DNA of 64,000 bases. Origin: Octopus sinensis (Eukaryota). The notes below the pieces were generated by a model. That model was given only the letters and a program-made list of their open reading frames with translations, was not told the origin of the DNA and ran no database searches. The DNA lies in contig NC_043006.1 of NCBI RefSeq assembly GCF_006345805.1, forward strand, positions 66,960,001 through 67,024,000, in the 5' to 3' direction. The number at the start of each line of letters is the position of its first letter. Position 1 is the first letter of the stretch. Positions 39,188 to 52,494 of this stretch are shown in pieces. A program made the position numbers and the translations under genes.

Positions 39188-39844
39188 CATATATATTCCG
39201 TGAGAGCGAGAGAGAGAGAGAGAATTACAGAGATTCCGTCAACCCAATACACACATAAAACATTGATTGGCTCAGAGCTCTAGTAGAAGTCGGAGTGTCA
39301 GTTATTTTATGCAAACTACAGACTTGTTGAATGCCAGACTTAAGGGCCTGACAATCCTCAGGTTCAAAGGATACGTTCTCCGCTGGGAATGAAATATTTT
39401 GAAAAGTTGCTTAGTTAAAATATTTAAATTCTAGAAAATCACGTATGATTAGAGCAGATTTTTCGCTAAATCTTTAACGGAACGTTAAAGATTTTCGTAA
39501 GTAAATGTACTTCGATCAGATTTAGTGAAGTAAAGATTTGTCATCGTGCCAGACTAAGAGGAAAATATAAGCGAAATAAATTAGATGGCCACCGTATTTT
39601 AGTGAATGTGCTAAAAGTAATGGAGTTTACAGTCTGTGAGATGTTGTTGGATAGTTAGGTACAATGTAACAGAGTTATTAACCGGTCAGTTAAACATTGT
39701 CTGTATTCTTTATCGATTCTATAGATTGACATTATCTATAAAATATTACATATGTGTGTTGTGGTATGTGAGTGTTTGTGTGTATATGCAAGTGAGTCTG
39801 TGTAAATGTTCGTGTGTGGTTTTGTGTCTGTATACAAGTGAGTC

Positions 39845-39876
<32 letters not shown>

Positions 39877-40545
39877 AACGTGTTTATAGCCAAGGGTTGG
39901 CGTTAATGAATGGAAAAAAACAGTCACAGTTAGTTAGATTCATGTATTGATTAGAAAGACAATTAATGAATGGTTTGTTGGAGTTTATCTTCTTGTTCAT
40001 TAGACCTCGGCCAGCCCTGGCTATTCAAATGTACGGAGAGGTGAATTCCATTGGTGACCATCACATCTAATTTCGTACAGCGTTTGTAATCCAGTGCTCA
40101 CTGCCATTCTTTCTTTAAGGTAAGCTTTGACGACTAGCGACAGATTTGACTGCTATATTTAACAGGCCGAACGATCAATTAGAAGATTTCTTGTTGGACT
40201 GAGAAGAGACCATATCGGGCAAAGTTACTTGCTAGAACGATTGACACAGTGTGTGGAAATCAGGTTATAGAGTGTAGATGTTCAGAGGTAGTTGAATGCA
40301 GTGAAAAGATTTTGACGTTATAGACACATTGTATAGATAAGTTGGATAGGTAGAAATACAGTATAAATGTTAAATAAAAGAATATAACAATATATCTATA
40401 TCTATATATATATATATATATTAGAAATTGTCAACTAAATGTAGCGGTCTCAGGGAGGACGATGCTAATGTTGTTTTTAGATGCAGGAGGAGATCTCCTC
40501 CAGCTAGCTAACGACACACTGTCTGTGTCCGATTAGTATTTGCGA

Positions 40546-40700
40546 GAAGAAGAAGAAAAAGAAGAAGAAGAAGAAGAAGAAAAAGAAAAAGAAAAAGAAG
40601 AAGAAGAAGAAGAAGAAGAAGAAGAAAAGAAGAAGAAGAAGAAGAAGAAGAAGAAGAAGAAGAAGAAGAAGAAGAAGAAGAAGAAGAAGAAGAAGAAGAA
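40546..40700. repeat. (AAG)n microsatellite, preceded by a diverged minus-strand relative of the 354-bp unit (40440-40545)
   Basis: CTCCAGCTAGCT..GACACACTGTCTGTG..GTATTTGC resembles 29035-29082. Confidence 0.8.
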
Positions 40701-41195
40701 TGCGGGAGTAATATACTAGTAGTACTATGTTAAATGGACAATTGTCCTGTGAGTGACTTGTGGATTGTAGTAGTCATTGAATCCTTGAGATATTCCTTTT
40801 GAAAGTATTGTTTTTAGCATTTGCGTAGGTGTTATTCTAAACAGCAGTAGAAGTAAAGTAAGGAAGGAGGTGCCGGAGAGGAAGAAGACGAAGAAGAAAG
40901 AGAAGAAGGAGAAGAGAAATAACAATAATAAAAGAATGCGGAAAAGGTACGAAAGTAGTAGGATGTTAAATGATCAAGTGACCTAAAAGTATATCGTTGT
41001 GGATTAGGACTGTATGTATGTATGTATGTATGTATGTATGTATGTATGTATGTATGTATGTATGTATGCATGTATGTATGTATGTATGTATGTATGTATG
41101 TATGTATGTATGTATGTGTATGTATGAGTTGCGTCACTGTGTGTATGGGTATGCATACATGCATCTATTTCGTATGAATCAATGTGTATGTAACA

Positions 41196-41910
41196 GGCAC
41201 AGGTGTGGATGTGGGATAAGAAATTTGATCCCCAAACGAATAGTTCTGTGTCCAGTCCCATTGCGAGGCACCTTGGGCAAACCTTGTGAGTGGATTTAAC
41301 GGACAGAAACTGAACGAAGCGCGTCATACATATATATATGTGTGTTTGTGTGTGTGTATGTCTTTGTACTTGTCAACCACCATCGCTTGACAACCTGTGT
41401 TCGATTGGTTATGTCTCCGTAACTTAGTGGTTCAGCAACAGGAACGGATAGAATACGTACCAGGGTTAAGAATTTAAGGATTCATTCGTCTAAAACTCTT
41501 CAAAGTGGTGCCCCAGCATGGCTGAAGTCAAATAACAGAAACGAGTAAAACATAACAGATATATATATATATGTATCCCATAGGCGCATGCGTAGTTGTG
41601 TGGTAAGAAGCTTGCTTCCCAACCACATAGTTCCTAGTTCAGTCCCACTGCGTGGCACCTTGGGCAAGTATCTTCTAATATAGCCTCGGGCCAACCAAAC
41701 CACTGTAAGTGGGTTTAGGTGTTTGGGCCTCTACCATCGCTTGACAACCGATCTTCTTGTGTTTACGTCCCTATAACTTAGCTTCTCTGCAAAAGAGACG
41801 ATAGGATAAGTACTAGGCTTACAAGAAAAGTGCAGGGTCGATTTCTTAGGCTAAAGGGCGGTGCTCCAACATGGCCACAGTGAAAATGACTGAAACAAGC
41901 GAAAGAATAA
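41196..41910 (+). mobile_element. Two tandem SINE family A copies (41196-41550, 41582-41910)
   Basis: Two heads and two tails. Confidence 0.85.
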
Positions 41911-41917
41911 ATGTAAA

Positions 41918-41991
<74 letters not shown>

Positions 41992-42344
41992 AAAGAAGCA
42001 AGGAGAGAACGAAAAAGTAATATAATATGAGAAAAACATAGGTCACGTTGAGAATATTCTCTGAGAGAAATAAAACGGTGTTAGCCGTTTTATGTTTATA
42101 AATATGATATACATATCGATATAGTATTGTTATCTATTTATTTATGTTTTTGTATTAATGCGTAATAGTCTATGACGATATGTGTGTGTGTGTGTGTGTG
42201 CGTGTGTGTATAAATGTAACCAATGTTTATGATGACATATATATATATATAACATATATGTGTAGACACAATTAAGAACAAATCTATATATCTCTTTAAT
42301 TATATATCTATATAATTATATATGTATGTATATATATATATATA

Positions 42345-42388
<44 letters not shown>

Positions 42389-44291
42389 CTATATCATAAA
42401 TATACCCCTTCATATATATATATATATATATATACACCCCTCATATATGTATTTATATATATATATATATATATATATACATACTTCCCTGCATACAAAC
42501 ATACACACATGCATATATACCTACATACAGTGAAGATGTGTGGCTCACTGGTTAGGCTGTTGCTCTCACGACCGCTTGATCATCGGTTCGATACGCCAAC
42601 CGGGCGGAGTGTTGTGCTCTTGAGTAAATCCCTTTATTTCAAGTTGATCTGGCGGTGGAGAGGGCGAGAATCCTTGGCGCGCGTCCGTGAAGATGCTTTA
42701 GGATATACTTTCCGGCTCTCTACATTCTGAGTTCAAAATTTTGCTATGACATTATGTCTAAATAAATGGAAGAAATGAACTGATTGGATGTCGCTGGTTT
42801 AGTACGGATGATTGGGGATGCAGCATGTGTTGGAGACAGTAGTTTTTGTTGTTGGAGGGAAACTCACATAAGCACACATATACTCGCACACGTATAAGTA
42901 TATACATACAGATAGAAACAGAGGGAGAGGGGAAGAGACAGGGCGAATGGCAGTGAATTGGAGAGATGGGGCGAGAAAGAGCGGAAAGAGAGAAAAAGAG
43001 AAAGAATGACAGAGAGAGAGAGAGAGAGAGAGAGAGCACGATTTGCATATACGTTTTCCTTTCTCTTCATATACAGAGAATTATGCTCACAAATATAAAC
43101 TAACAGAAGATAGAGAGGAAGGAGGAGAGAGATATACAGGAGAGTGTGAGTCAGGAGAGAGAGTGGAAGGTACAGGTGGAAAAGTGAAGGATTGGAAAGG
43201 AAGAAAGAAAGAAAGAAAGAAAAACAGAGGAGACGAGAGAGAGAATGAGACGTTTAAACGTCTGTCTGGTTTACTTATAAGTCCGCAGTGAATCAGCGAT
43301 GCGATATAAATGCCTCAAAATGGCTGCACCGAAACGTCACGTAATCATTTATGCGTATTTTGCCTGACTAGAGTACTTCAGTAAAAAAGGCTAAGAACTG
43401 TAGTAGAATTACTTCATATTTTTATGGTCGATGATACAACTCGTTATTAGTGATTCATATTGCCTAGATAGACGTTTTAAGAGACTAATGTAACTATAGC
43501 TACAAGAATTGCGTAAATTTTAACCAGAGTGAATGACACGGAATTATAATCAGTTTAATGACACGTGTATATATGTAGGTGTATATAACAATTATATCAT
43601 GTAAATGTCATTTCAATGATTTGAGAAAATAAACAAAGTAAATGATATTGACTTTCCGTTTCTTTCGATATTCTAGTGTGTATTAGGGAGTCGCAAAAAG
43701 CTGCGCTGTACTTTTACAGCCAGGTCACTGATATCATTTCCTTGTAATTCGAGTCTCATTGGTCATAGAAGGTAGAAATAAGGAAGTAAGGATTGTTTCG
43801 AATCCTATGAGTCACGGGGCAGATTGCCCCTGTTTTCGAGATCGCAACATTTCCTTTGTACGGGCCTCCAGTCCGTCGCAGTGTTAACCATTTGCCAACG
43901 GAGTGGCCAGGAGCAACGTGAAATGAATTGTCTCGCTCATACCACCACGACCTCTCCCGTTTTGGGAATCGAAAACTCGATATTGCAGTCATGAATGCAT
44001 CACCCAATCACGGTTGAGCCGTAGAAGAGAGGTGAAATTCTTTCGATAATTCATGATACAAAGTATTATTGATAAGGAAACTAATGAAAAAGTGACACTA
44101 ACACTTTGTACGTGTTCTTATATAATTAAATGTAGTTTCATTCTTGCGATTTTCTTCAGATTATTTTTTCGATATGAGCCGAACATACCGAAATTTAATC
44201 CTTTCAGTTATTTCTTACTTCTTTGTGTTATTCTACTGTTGTACTGAATACTGCGTAACGTTATTGCACATTTGTAAACCGTTACAAAAAA

Positions 44292-44535
44292 CTCTTAGGG
44301 TTATCATGTGGCTTGAAAGAGCAAAACATTTGTTCAGGGTGTTGCATTCATGATTGTAAAATTGTGTTTCAGAGTGTCCAATATATTTTTCTTTTTCGTT
44401 TCGTTATTTGATAGAACTGAGGTGACCATGGCTTCATATACCATTGCGCTAACCATGCATGTCTGTTTGAACTGGCAAGTATCTTGGTTTCTGAAGATAC
44501 AGTTTGGAATGGTTGTCTAGTATAACTGACGCATA
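44292..44535 (-). mobile_element. Rearranged inverted copy of two pieces of the downstream PLE
   Basis: 44292-44368 is the reverse complement of 44798-44874; 44367-44535 is the reverse complement of 45193-45363. Confidence 0.85.
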
Positions 44536-44552
44536 CAGACAGACAGACAGAC

Positions 44553-44618
<66 letters not shown>

Positions 44619-44759
44619 GTAGGTAGGTAGGTAGGTAGGTAGGTAGGTAGGTAGGTAGGTAGGTAGGTAGGTAGGTAAGATAGATATATATCTATCCGGG
44701 GCGTAGGTATGCCGCAAGAATACTAATTTTTCCAGTTGAATAAACTGGAGCAGTGGTTT

Positions 44760-45660
44760 TCTCAAAACATAATGCATCACCCAGTTCAGCAATCGATAAC
44801 ACAATTTTACAATCATGAATGCAACACCCTGAACCTAAGTTTTGCTCTTTCAAGCCACATGATAACCCTAAGAGCATAAACCAAACTGTCATATCCAATA
44901 TTAGTGCTTGCATTTCTAAGCTTTGAGGAAATATTCGATCAGGCAGATCCCTAATATAACGCCTAGGCCAACAGCGGCTTCAAAGTGAAGGTAACTTACA
45001 CCCCTACCATAAAAAGAAAGAAGCTTTAAAATGTGCATGGTGCATACCCCACTTCTTCAAACTTAAGACAAATGTATGTAGAAAATTTCTTGGTTGATAA
45101 GCATTTCGCGGATAGACATATGTATAAGAAAATTTTAATAAACATTTGGTGAAACTTTCTAACAGCTGCTACCCGAACTTGAAAAACATTGTTATGCGTC
45201 AGTTATACTAGACAACCATTCCAAACTGTATCTTCAGAAACCAAGATAGTTGCCAGTTCATACAGACATGCATGGCTAGCGCAATGGTATATGAAGTCTT
45301 GGTAATCTCAGTTCTATCAAATAACGAAACGAAAAAGAGAAAAATATATTAGACACTCCGAAAGTAACTTCAAGAATAGATATGCCAAATATCAACATTC
45401 CTTCTTGCTCGAAAACAAGAAGAAAATTACAAAGCTAGTTAGCCACATCTGGGACTTGAAAGTTAAAAAATCCCCCACGGTAACAAGACACATTGAGTGG
45501 TTCACGTCTGCATTAATGTGTCAAGCAGGTACAGGTCATTTAAGATCTCCACCGACCTTCTGGATTGAGATAGAAAATTTTCACACAAGGCAAATATCTC
45601 AAGTTTTCGTTATCCAAATGTAGAAGGCCACCTTCTCCTGATGAGGTATAAAGTTTTACT
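44760..45660 (+). mobile_element. Penelope-like element relic (RT C-terminus, linker, GIY-YIG endonuclease)
   Basis: EIFDQADP.YNA..NSGF; KTNVCRKFL..VDKHF..FNKHLVKLSNSCYPNLKNIV; MVYE..V...YI.HSE..FKNRY..HSF..TKLVSHIWDLK. Confidence 0.8.
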
Positions 45661-46029
45661 CACTTTGATCTTACCCCGTCGTTTTAACCCGCAGCAACCA
45701 CTGTTAATTCTAACCAACCAAAGGGACACAACTATTCCTCTACTTCAAGATTACTTGTTTTTTTCTTTCTTTGTTCTCGTTCTTTCTGGTTTTTGTTTTT
45801 TTTCGCAGAGAGCAGCTATGTATATTTTGAACGTGAATGCTTGTTGGATATTACACAGCACATTTTAAAATCTTTTCCGGCGACTGTATTATCGGCACAT
45901 GAAACTTATGGTGACGCACATTATTTAAATCTTGCGTTTATTAATTGATGTTTTAATGAAATTATAATAATCTCGCACTGGAATGGAGTAATTTTGTTTG
46001 TGGATCCTACCAATAACGGAACAGTACAC

Positions 46030-46076
<47 letters not shown>

Positions 46077-47462
46077 ATGTATGTATGTATGTATGTATGT
46101 ATGTGTGTGTGTATGTATGTATGTGTGTGTGTATGTATGTATGTGTATGTATGTATGTATGTATGTATGTATGTATGCATGTATGCATGTATGTATGTAT
46201 GTATGTATGTATGTATAGACGCATGTGCAATAAGCAACAAACAGTACAAAGAGGGAGAAAAATAACTTAGATACGTTAGAAACTTTAGACTACGGGGTCA
46301 GATGAAAGAGTACTTATTTAAAAGGGTAAAAGAAACGGGTAATAATAAACCTAGAATAAAAGAATGAACATCAAAGTTAAAGAACGAGACGCTAATGAAG
46401 GTGATTGATAACAAGCAGCAAGGCAAATGCAAGAGCTTAAGTACACAACTGAGAATAGAATAAAAGAATTAATGAATACTGAAAATATGAGACTAGAATA
46501 AAAGAATTAACGAATACAGAAAATACAGATAAAGGGGAAATATCGAGGGAATGAAAGAGATCGAATAAGTGCGAGATAGAATTAAAAAGAAAGATAGGAG
46601 TAAATAAAGAATGAGTGATACTCTAAAGTGGTGACAGGAATGGTTAATGATAGCAAAGGACAAAATGTAATATAAATATACAATTGAAGAAAGATTATAG
46701 TGAATGTAGGGATAAAAGAATGAAAGATTTAATTAATGAAGCAAATGGTGGTACAACATGAAAAATAGCTTGAAGGAATTAATAAAAATATATTATAATA
46801 ATAATAAGAAGAAGCAGCAGAAGAAAAAGAACAACAATAACAATAATAATTATAATAATATTTAGAATAATAAAAGAATGAATGAAAAGGTAAGGTAATG
46901 CCAAAGGAAAGGAGATTATAGCGAAGAGAAAAGCTCAAAGGAAACACAGAAGGGTAATAGAATAGACGAATGAAAAAAAATGAAAGAAATAAGGAGTGAA
47001 TAAAGGGAAGCATAAAGCGAATGATACGAATGATGGAGGGGAGGGAAAATTGATAGAATTGCAGAATAAGGGTAAGAATGGTTGGATGAGAGAGTATAAG
47101 TCTTGTAGGGAAATTAGTTTTTAAAACTTATTGACGGTGTTGAGATGAAATCCGATTATGGAATATGGTTGGTTTAAATGTAAGACGAAGAACAAATACA
47201 AAAGTGGGGCTTTAATTTAAAAGAATGAGAGAAAGAGAGGTAGAGAGAGAAGTAGGGGGGCTAATAAATCAGGTTATAAGGTAAGTGAAAGTAGTAAGGA
47301 GAGAAGGGAAAAAGGGGAAAGAGTCAGGCAGAAAGAGAGAGAGAGAGAGTGATATAGAGGGAGTTATATGGAAGACAAGAAAGTGAGAATAGGAGCGGCT
47401 GGGAGAAACGAAGTGGAGGTAGTGAACAGAAGAGAGTCACAAGTATGGGTGGATAGATAGAA

Positions 47463-47503
<41 letters not shown>

Positions 47504-47591
47504 AAGAAGAAAAAGAAAGAAAAAACGGAAGAAAGAAAGAGAAACACATGACAAGAAAGTGAGCGAAGACGAGAAAAACCGAGAACAAAAA

Positions 47592-48008
47592 CAGGAGTGG
47601 CTGTGTGGTAAGCAGCTTCCTCACCAACCACATGGTGCTAGGTTCAGTCTCACTGTATGACACCTTCGGCCAGCGTCTTCTACTATGGCCAGCCAAAACC
47701 TTGTGGGTGGATTTGGTAGACGGAAACTGAAAGAAGCTAGTCATATGTGTGTGTATGTGTGTGTGTGTGTGTGCGCGTGTGTGAGTGTGTCTGTGTCTGT
47801 GTATGTGTGTTTGTGTGTTTGTGTTTGTCCCTCACCATCGCTTGACAACCGATGTTGTGTTCACGTTCCCGTAATGTAGCGGTTCTGCAAAAGAGACCGA
47901 TAGAATAAGTACTAGGCTAATAATAAATAAGTCCCGGGGTCGATTTGTTCGTCTAAAGGCGGTGGTCCAATATGGCCGTAGTCAAATGAATGAAACAAAT
48001 AAAAGAAT
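47592..48008 (+). mobile_element. SINE family A, full length
   Basis: CAGGAGTGGCTGTGTGGTAAG head through TGAAACAAATAAAAGAA tail. Confidence 0.9.
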
Positions 48009-48017
48009 ATATATATA

Positions 48018-48526
48018 TCTATATATATAAAACTCTAGTTGTGTGAGTGTCTGTCCCCTTCGATTTAGATTCCTAACTCCTCCCACATTTTGCGGTGCAG
48101 TTTAACCAAATTCGGGTATCTTATAGTCGTGATTCATATCGAGCCCGTCTGACTATTAGCGCGCGTCAACGATGAGTCTACGATTTTAAAAATAATTTAA
48201 CATCATTTTTTATTCCATTTTAATGCATAAAATGCATCGTGTGTCGATGACGGCGGAGTTGGCGTCCACGCTCACAGCTGCACCTGTTTGCTTCTCCCCC
48301 TTCTTCCCTCCCTCGTGAAGCTGTGGGGAAGGGAGTGTAAAGAAATCAACGTCGTAATGCGTTGTGAAGGAGACCAGCGTTCTGTTAGAACAACGACTTC
48401 ATGGCTTGAAGACACCAAAACAAAAATGGCTAAGAAAGCCCGAATTTATAAGGGAAGTAACTCTCTAAAAATGCTTATATAGTTATTTCCCTTACAAACT
48501 CGAGCAACGCCGGGCGATACTGCTAG
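48018..48526 (+). mobile_element. Complete 509-bp non-autonomous Helitron
   Basis: 5' A|TC, subterminal hairpin CTCGAGCAACGCCGGG, 3' CTAG|T, no TSD; second copy at 1-275. Confidence 0.88.
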
Positions 48527-48532
48527 TATATA

Positions 48533-48847
48533 TATAATTTCTTTTTCGTAATGAGATAAAAAAAAACAATGCTGTGTAGATTTGAGAACATTTATAAATA
48601 GAAGGTCTTATAGCTGTTTCGAGGATATTTATTATATCACTTCATTGGAGACGGTGTGAGAAGTTGGTTAAGTAATAGTTAATTTACATAAGATACGAAT
48701 CAACTATTACTTAACCATCTTCTAACACCGACTCCGATGAAGGGATATAATATCCTAGAAACAGGTGTAAGAACTTCTATTTATAAATGTTCTCAAATCT
48801 ACACAGTCTTGGATTTTTTTTATCTCATTGCGAAAACAAAAATTATA
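48533..48847. repeat. ~315-bp imperfect palindrome, each arm carrying a hammerhead-like motif (48605-48652 minus, 48730-48773 plus)
   Basis: Arms of ~150 bp; arm consensus GTCT-CCGATGA-AGGGATAT..ATATCCTC-GAAAC-AGCT-GTA-AGAC. Confidence 0.85.
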
Positions 48848-49082
48848 GACACACGCTGATATATGACCTAAGTTGGTCCCCTTATTCGCATAATCACCGA
48901 ATCTGAAACTTAACTATGGTCTATCCATAGCTCTTATTCAGCATTACCGGACAACTTTATATAATAGACACACGCTGATATATGACCTAAGTTGGTCCCC
49001 TTATTCGCATAATCACCGAATCTGAAACTTAACTATGGTCTATCCATAGCTCTTATTCAGCATTACCGGACAACTTTATATA
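48845..49082. repeat. Apparently exact 119-bp tandem duplication
   Basis: ATAGACACACGCTGAT...CAACTTTATATA at 48845 and 48964. Confidence 0.92.
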
Positions 49083-49341
49083 TATATATTTACCGAGAGT
49101 GAGAGAGAGAGAGAGAGAGAGAGCGGGGACTGACAAACAGACAGACAGACAAAAACAGTGACAGAGAGAAAGAGAGAGATGATGGTGAACAAGACATTGA
49201 CAGACAGGAATAGCAGGAGAAAGACGTTCCGAAACAAGAATATAGAGAGGAGATGGATTATAAGAAGTCTGAACTCGAAACAAGAAACGAGAAGGAAAAA
49301 AAGAATGCTAAACAGCAAAAATAGAAATAAATGTATTAAGT

Positions 49342-49342
49342 G

Positions 49343-49416
<74 letters not shown>

Positions 49417-49420
49417 AAGG

Positions 49421-49507
<87 letters not shown>

Positions 49508-49573
49508 GCAGAACAACAGACAAATAGATAGATAGACAGATACACAGACAGAGAAACAGACAGACATACAAAG

Positions 49574-49645
<72 letters not shown>
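49342..49645. repeat. (GATA)n compound microsatellite
   Basis: Directly visible. Confidence 0.95.
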
Positions 49646-49646
<1 letters not shown>

Positions 49647-50217
49647 TGTTTCTTTATTAGCCACACAGGGCTGCACACAGACGGGATAAATTACAAGGTA
49701 GAGCTTTTCTTTTGGGGGATAAAAAAGAAGGGGGTTTGGTTTCGATCAAAATGGATCGTAAAAGGAAAGAAAGAGGAAAGCAAAAAATAAAGAAAAAAGT
49801 GGGGGATAAAAATAAAAGGAAAAAGAAAAAATCGATCAATAGGGATCGTTATCACAGAAATGTCAATATAAAGTGTAAAGAGGGGGACAGGTGAGGTTTA
49901 CCCGTGGAAAGAAAAGTCTACAGAAAAGACCACGGTAACCTCGGTCAATGAAGTCACATATATTTTTTTTACAAATAAGCAACTCTCTGTATTAATTTTT
50001 ACGGTTCATAGGATCATAGTCAAGGTGACTTCGTAATTCATACGTGTCATCCTTGCTACATTCACCCATCATTTTTTAAACATTCATTAGACAAAACATG
50101 CCTCCCTACTCTCACTTTCCTCTTCAAGTGATACTTGAAGAAGTTGATGAGAGATTGACAAGAGAGGAAAGTGTTTGTCTCTAATCCTTTCAGGCGCGTC
50201 CACCAGATACTTTCTTT
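49646..50217 (-). mobile_element. L1/Tx1-type LINE 3' end (ORF2 C-terminus plus 3' UTR)
   Basis: KESIWWTRLKGLETNTFLS.QSLINFFKYHLKRKVRV..WVNVARM; AATAAA at 49653-49658 (minus). Clade assignment is from memory. Confidence 0.7.
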
Positions 50218-50352
50218 TTTTATTTTTTATTTCGTTCCTGTTGAATTTTATCCTTAATATTTGTGGTTATAGAACCTAGCTGTTCTTTCTAGCATATTGA
50301 ATTCCTATAAGTGGATTCCTCATGTGTTTAAATATACACTATATCGTATGAT

Positions 50353-50425
<73 letters not shown>

Positions 50426-50796
50426 TTACCGGTAAAAACATAGGAACATTTACGATTCGACTCAAAATGAACGAAAGACGTAAATCTATATTTAACTCAC
50501 ACGCTTCGTGTCGTCATAATTCATTTACTCCCTGCTAAAAAATTTTCTGTTCGGTTTTCCTGGATTTTAATCTGCGCCGATATATATTGCACACCACGCA
50601 GAAATTGATTCTTACCTAAACTTATAACCGAATCCTCTGGGGGAGCGTACTGAGAACACCGTTTAATTCTCTGACACCAAATTTTCTACCAGCCCTATCA
50701 AACTGTTTAACCTTCTCTCTCACTCCCTCTCTTTATATATATACATACAAATATATATAGTCACACACACACACACACAAACGCACATATATGCAT

Positions 50797-50851
<55 letters not shown>

Positions 50852-50852
<1 letters not shown>

Positions 50853-50990
50853 TCAAAATAAGCAACAGGATATCCAGAGGTGATGCTTATTTTGATTTTA
50901 TTCACCTTATTTCAAACTGTACGGATAATCCGCACTAATTTTGGGTGCTTCAATTTAGGTACCTAATTTATCTCAACCTTAATTATTTCG
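50852..50990. repeat. Copy of the 20969-21468 family with a short fold-back (50852-50896)
   Basis: ATCAAAATAAGCA...TGCTTATTTTGAT inverted arms. Confidence 0.75.
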
Positions 50991-51003
50991 CATATGTATA
51001 TGT

Positions 51004-51410
51004 AGGCGCAAGAGTGGCTTTGTGGTAAGTAGCTTGCTTACCAACCACATGGCTCCAGGTTCAGTCCCACTGCGTGGCAACTTGGGTGAGTGTCTTCTAC
51101 TATAACCTCGGGCCAACAAAAGCCTTGTGAGTGGATTTGGTAGACGGAAACTGAAAGAAGCCCGTGATATATATGTATATGTATATATGTGTATGTTTGT
51201 GTGTCTGTGTTTGTTCCCCCAACATCGCTTGACAACCGATGATGGTGTGTTTACGTCCCCGTAACTTAGCGGTTGGCAGAAGACACCGATAGAATAAGTA
51301 CTAGGCTTACAAAGAATATATCCTGGGGTCGATTTGCTCGATTAAAGGCGGTGTTCCAGCATGGCCGCAGTTAAATGAATGAAACAAGTAAAAGAGTAAA
51401 AGAGAGTAAA
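51004..51410 (+). mobile_element. SINE family A, best full-length copy
   Basis: tRNA-like head (TGGC..TGTGGT A-box-like, GGTTCAGTCCC B-box-like), internal microsatellite, (GTAAAAGA)n tail. Confidence 0.92.
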
Positions 51411-51864
51411 GAGAAAGTATATATCTATATAATCTTTTATACTTTTACTCTTCTGACCTCAACCATGCTGGAGCACCACTTTAAATATGTTTGTGTGTGT
51501 GTGTGTGTGTGTGCGTGTGTACATATATAAGAACGGAGATAGCAAGTCACTTTAATTCTAAAACCTTTCTTCCACATTTATTATTCTACATTCTCCATGG
51601 ATATTTTCCGGATTTTACAGATAACTGGAATTGAAGCATAAAAAAAAGACTCCCACCTTCCAGTTTCCAAACATCCGATATCGGTAGAAGTGTTTCATAT
51701 TGTAATCACCATGATTATATATTCCAATATTCCAATTCCCTAATGGTTATTGTATTGCACTCAGGATCGCTAGATCATGCGTTTGATTCCCAGACGGAAC
51801 GGTTGTTGTGTTCCTGAGCAAAACATTCCATTTTATGTTGTTCTAGTCCTGAAATGGGTAAAAC

Positions 51865-52168
51865 TGTTTCAGTTATTAGACTGCAGCGATGCTGGAGCAT
51901 CGCCTTGAACAATTTGTTTCAATCGAATCGACCCCAGTACATATTTATTTTTTTGTTTTTGTTAAGTCTAATACTTATTCTATCGATCGCTTTTTCCGCA
52001 CCGCCAATTTATGGGGACGTAAATACACCAACACTGATTGTTAAACGAGAGTGGGGAGAGTAAATACACACACACACACATGTATGTATGTATGTATGTG
52101 TGTGTATGTATGTATACATGTATGTATGTGCATGTATGTATGTATGTATGTATGTATGTGCATGTATG

Positions 52169-52202
<34 letters not shown>

Positions 52203-52411
52203 TGTATGTATGTATGTATGCATGTATGTATGTATGTGCATATATACGACGGGTCTCTTTTCAGTTTCCGTCTACGAAATCCACTCATAAAGCCCTGGTC
52301 GGCCCGATGCTTTAGCAGAAGACACTTACCCAAGTTGCAAAACAGTGGTGCTTAACTCGCAACCATGTGGTTGGGAAGCAAGCTTCCTACCACCCATCCA
52401 CGCCAGTGCCT
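51865..52411 (-). mobile_element. SINE family A, diverged, with (TATG)n expansion
   Basis: Head and tail on the minus strand. Confidence 0.8.
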
Positions 52412-52494
52412 ATATACAAACATTATGACGCCGCACTATGTAATTCTTACACGGGTAACTATGTAATTCTTACACGGGTACGAAAGGGTGCCCT

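Noticed and set aside
45638-45662. CTGATGA downstream of the PLE ORF as a hammerhead
   Set aside because: No GAAA box follows; at most a half motif.
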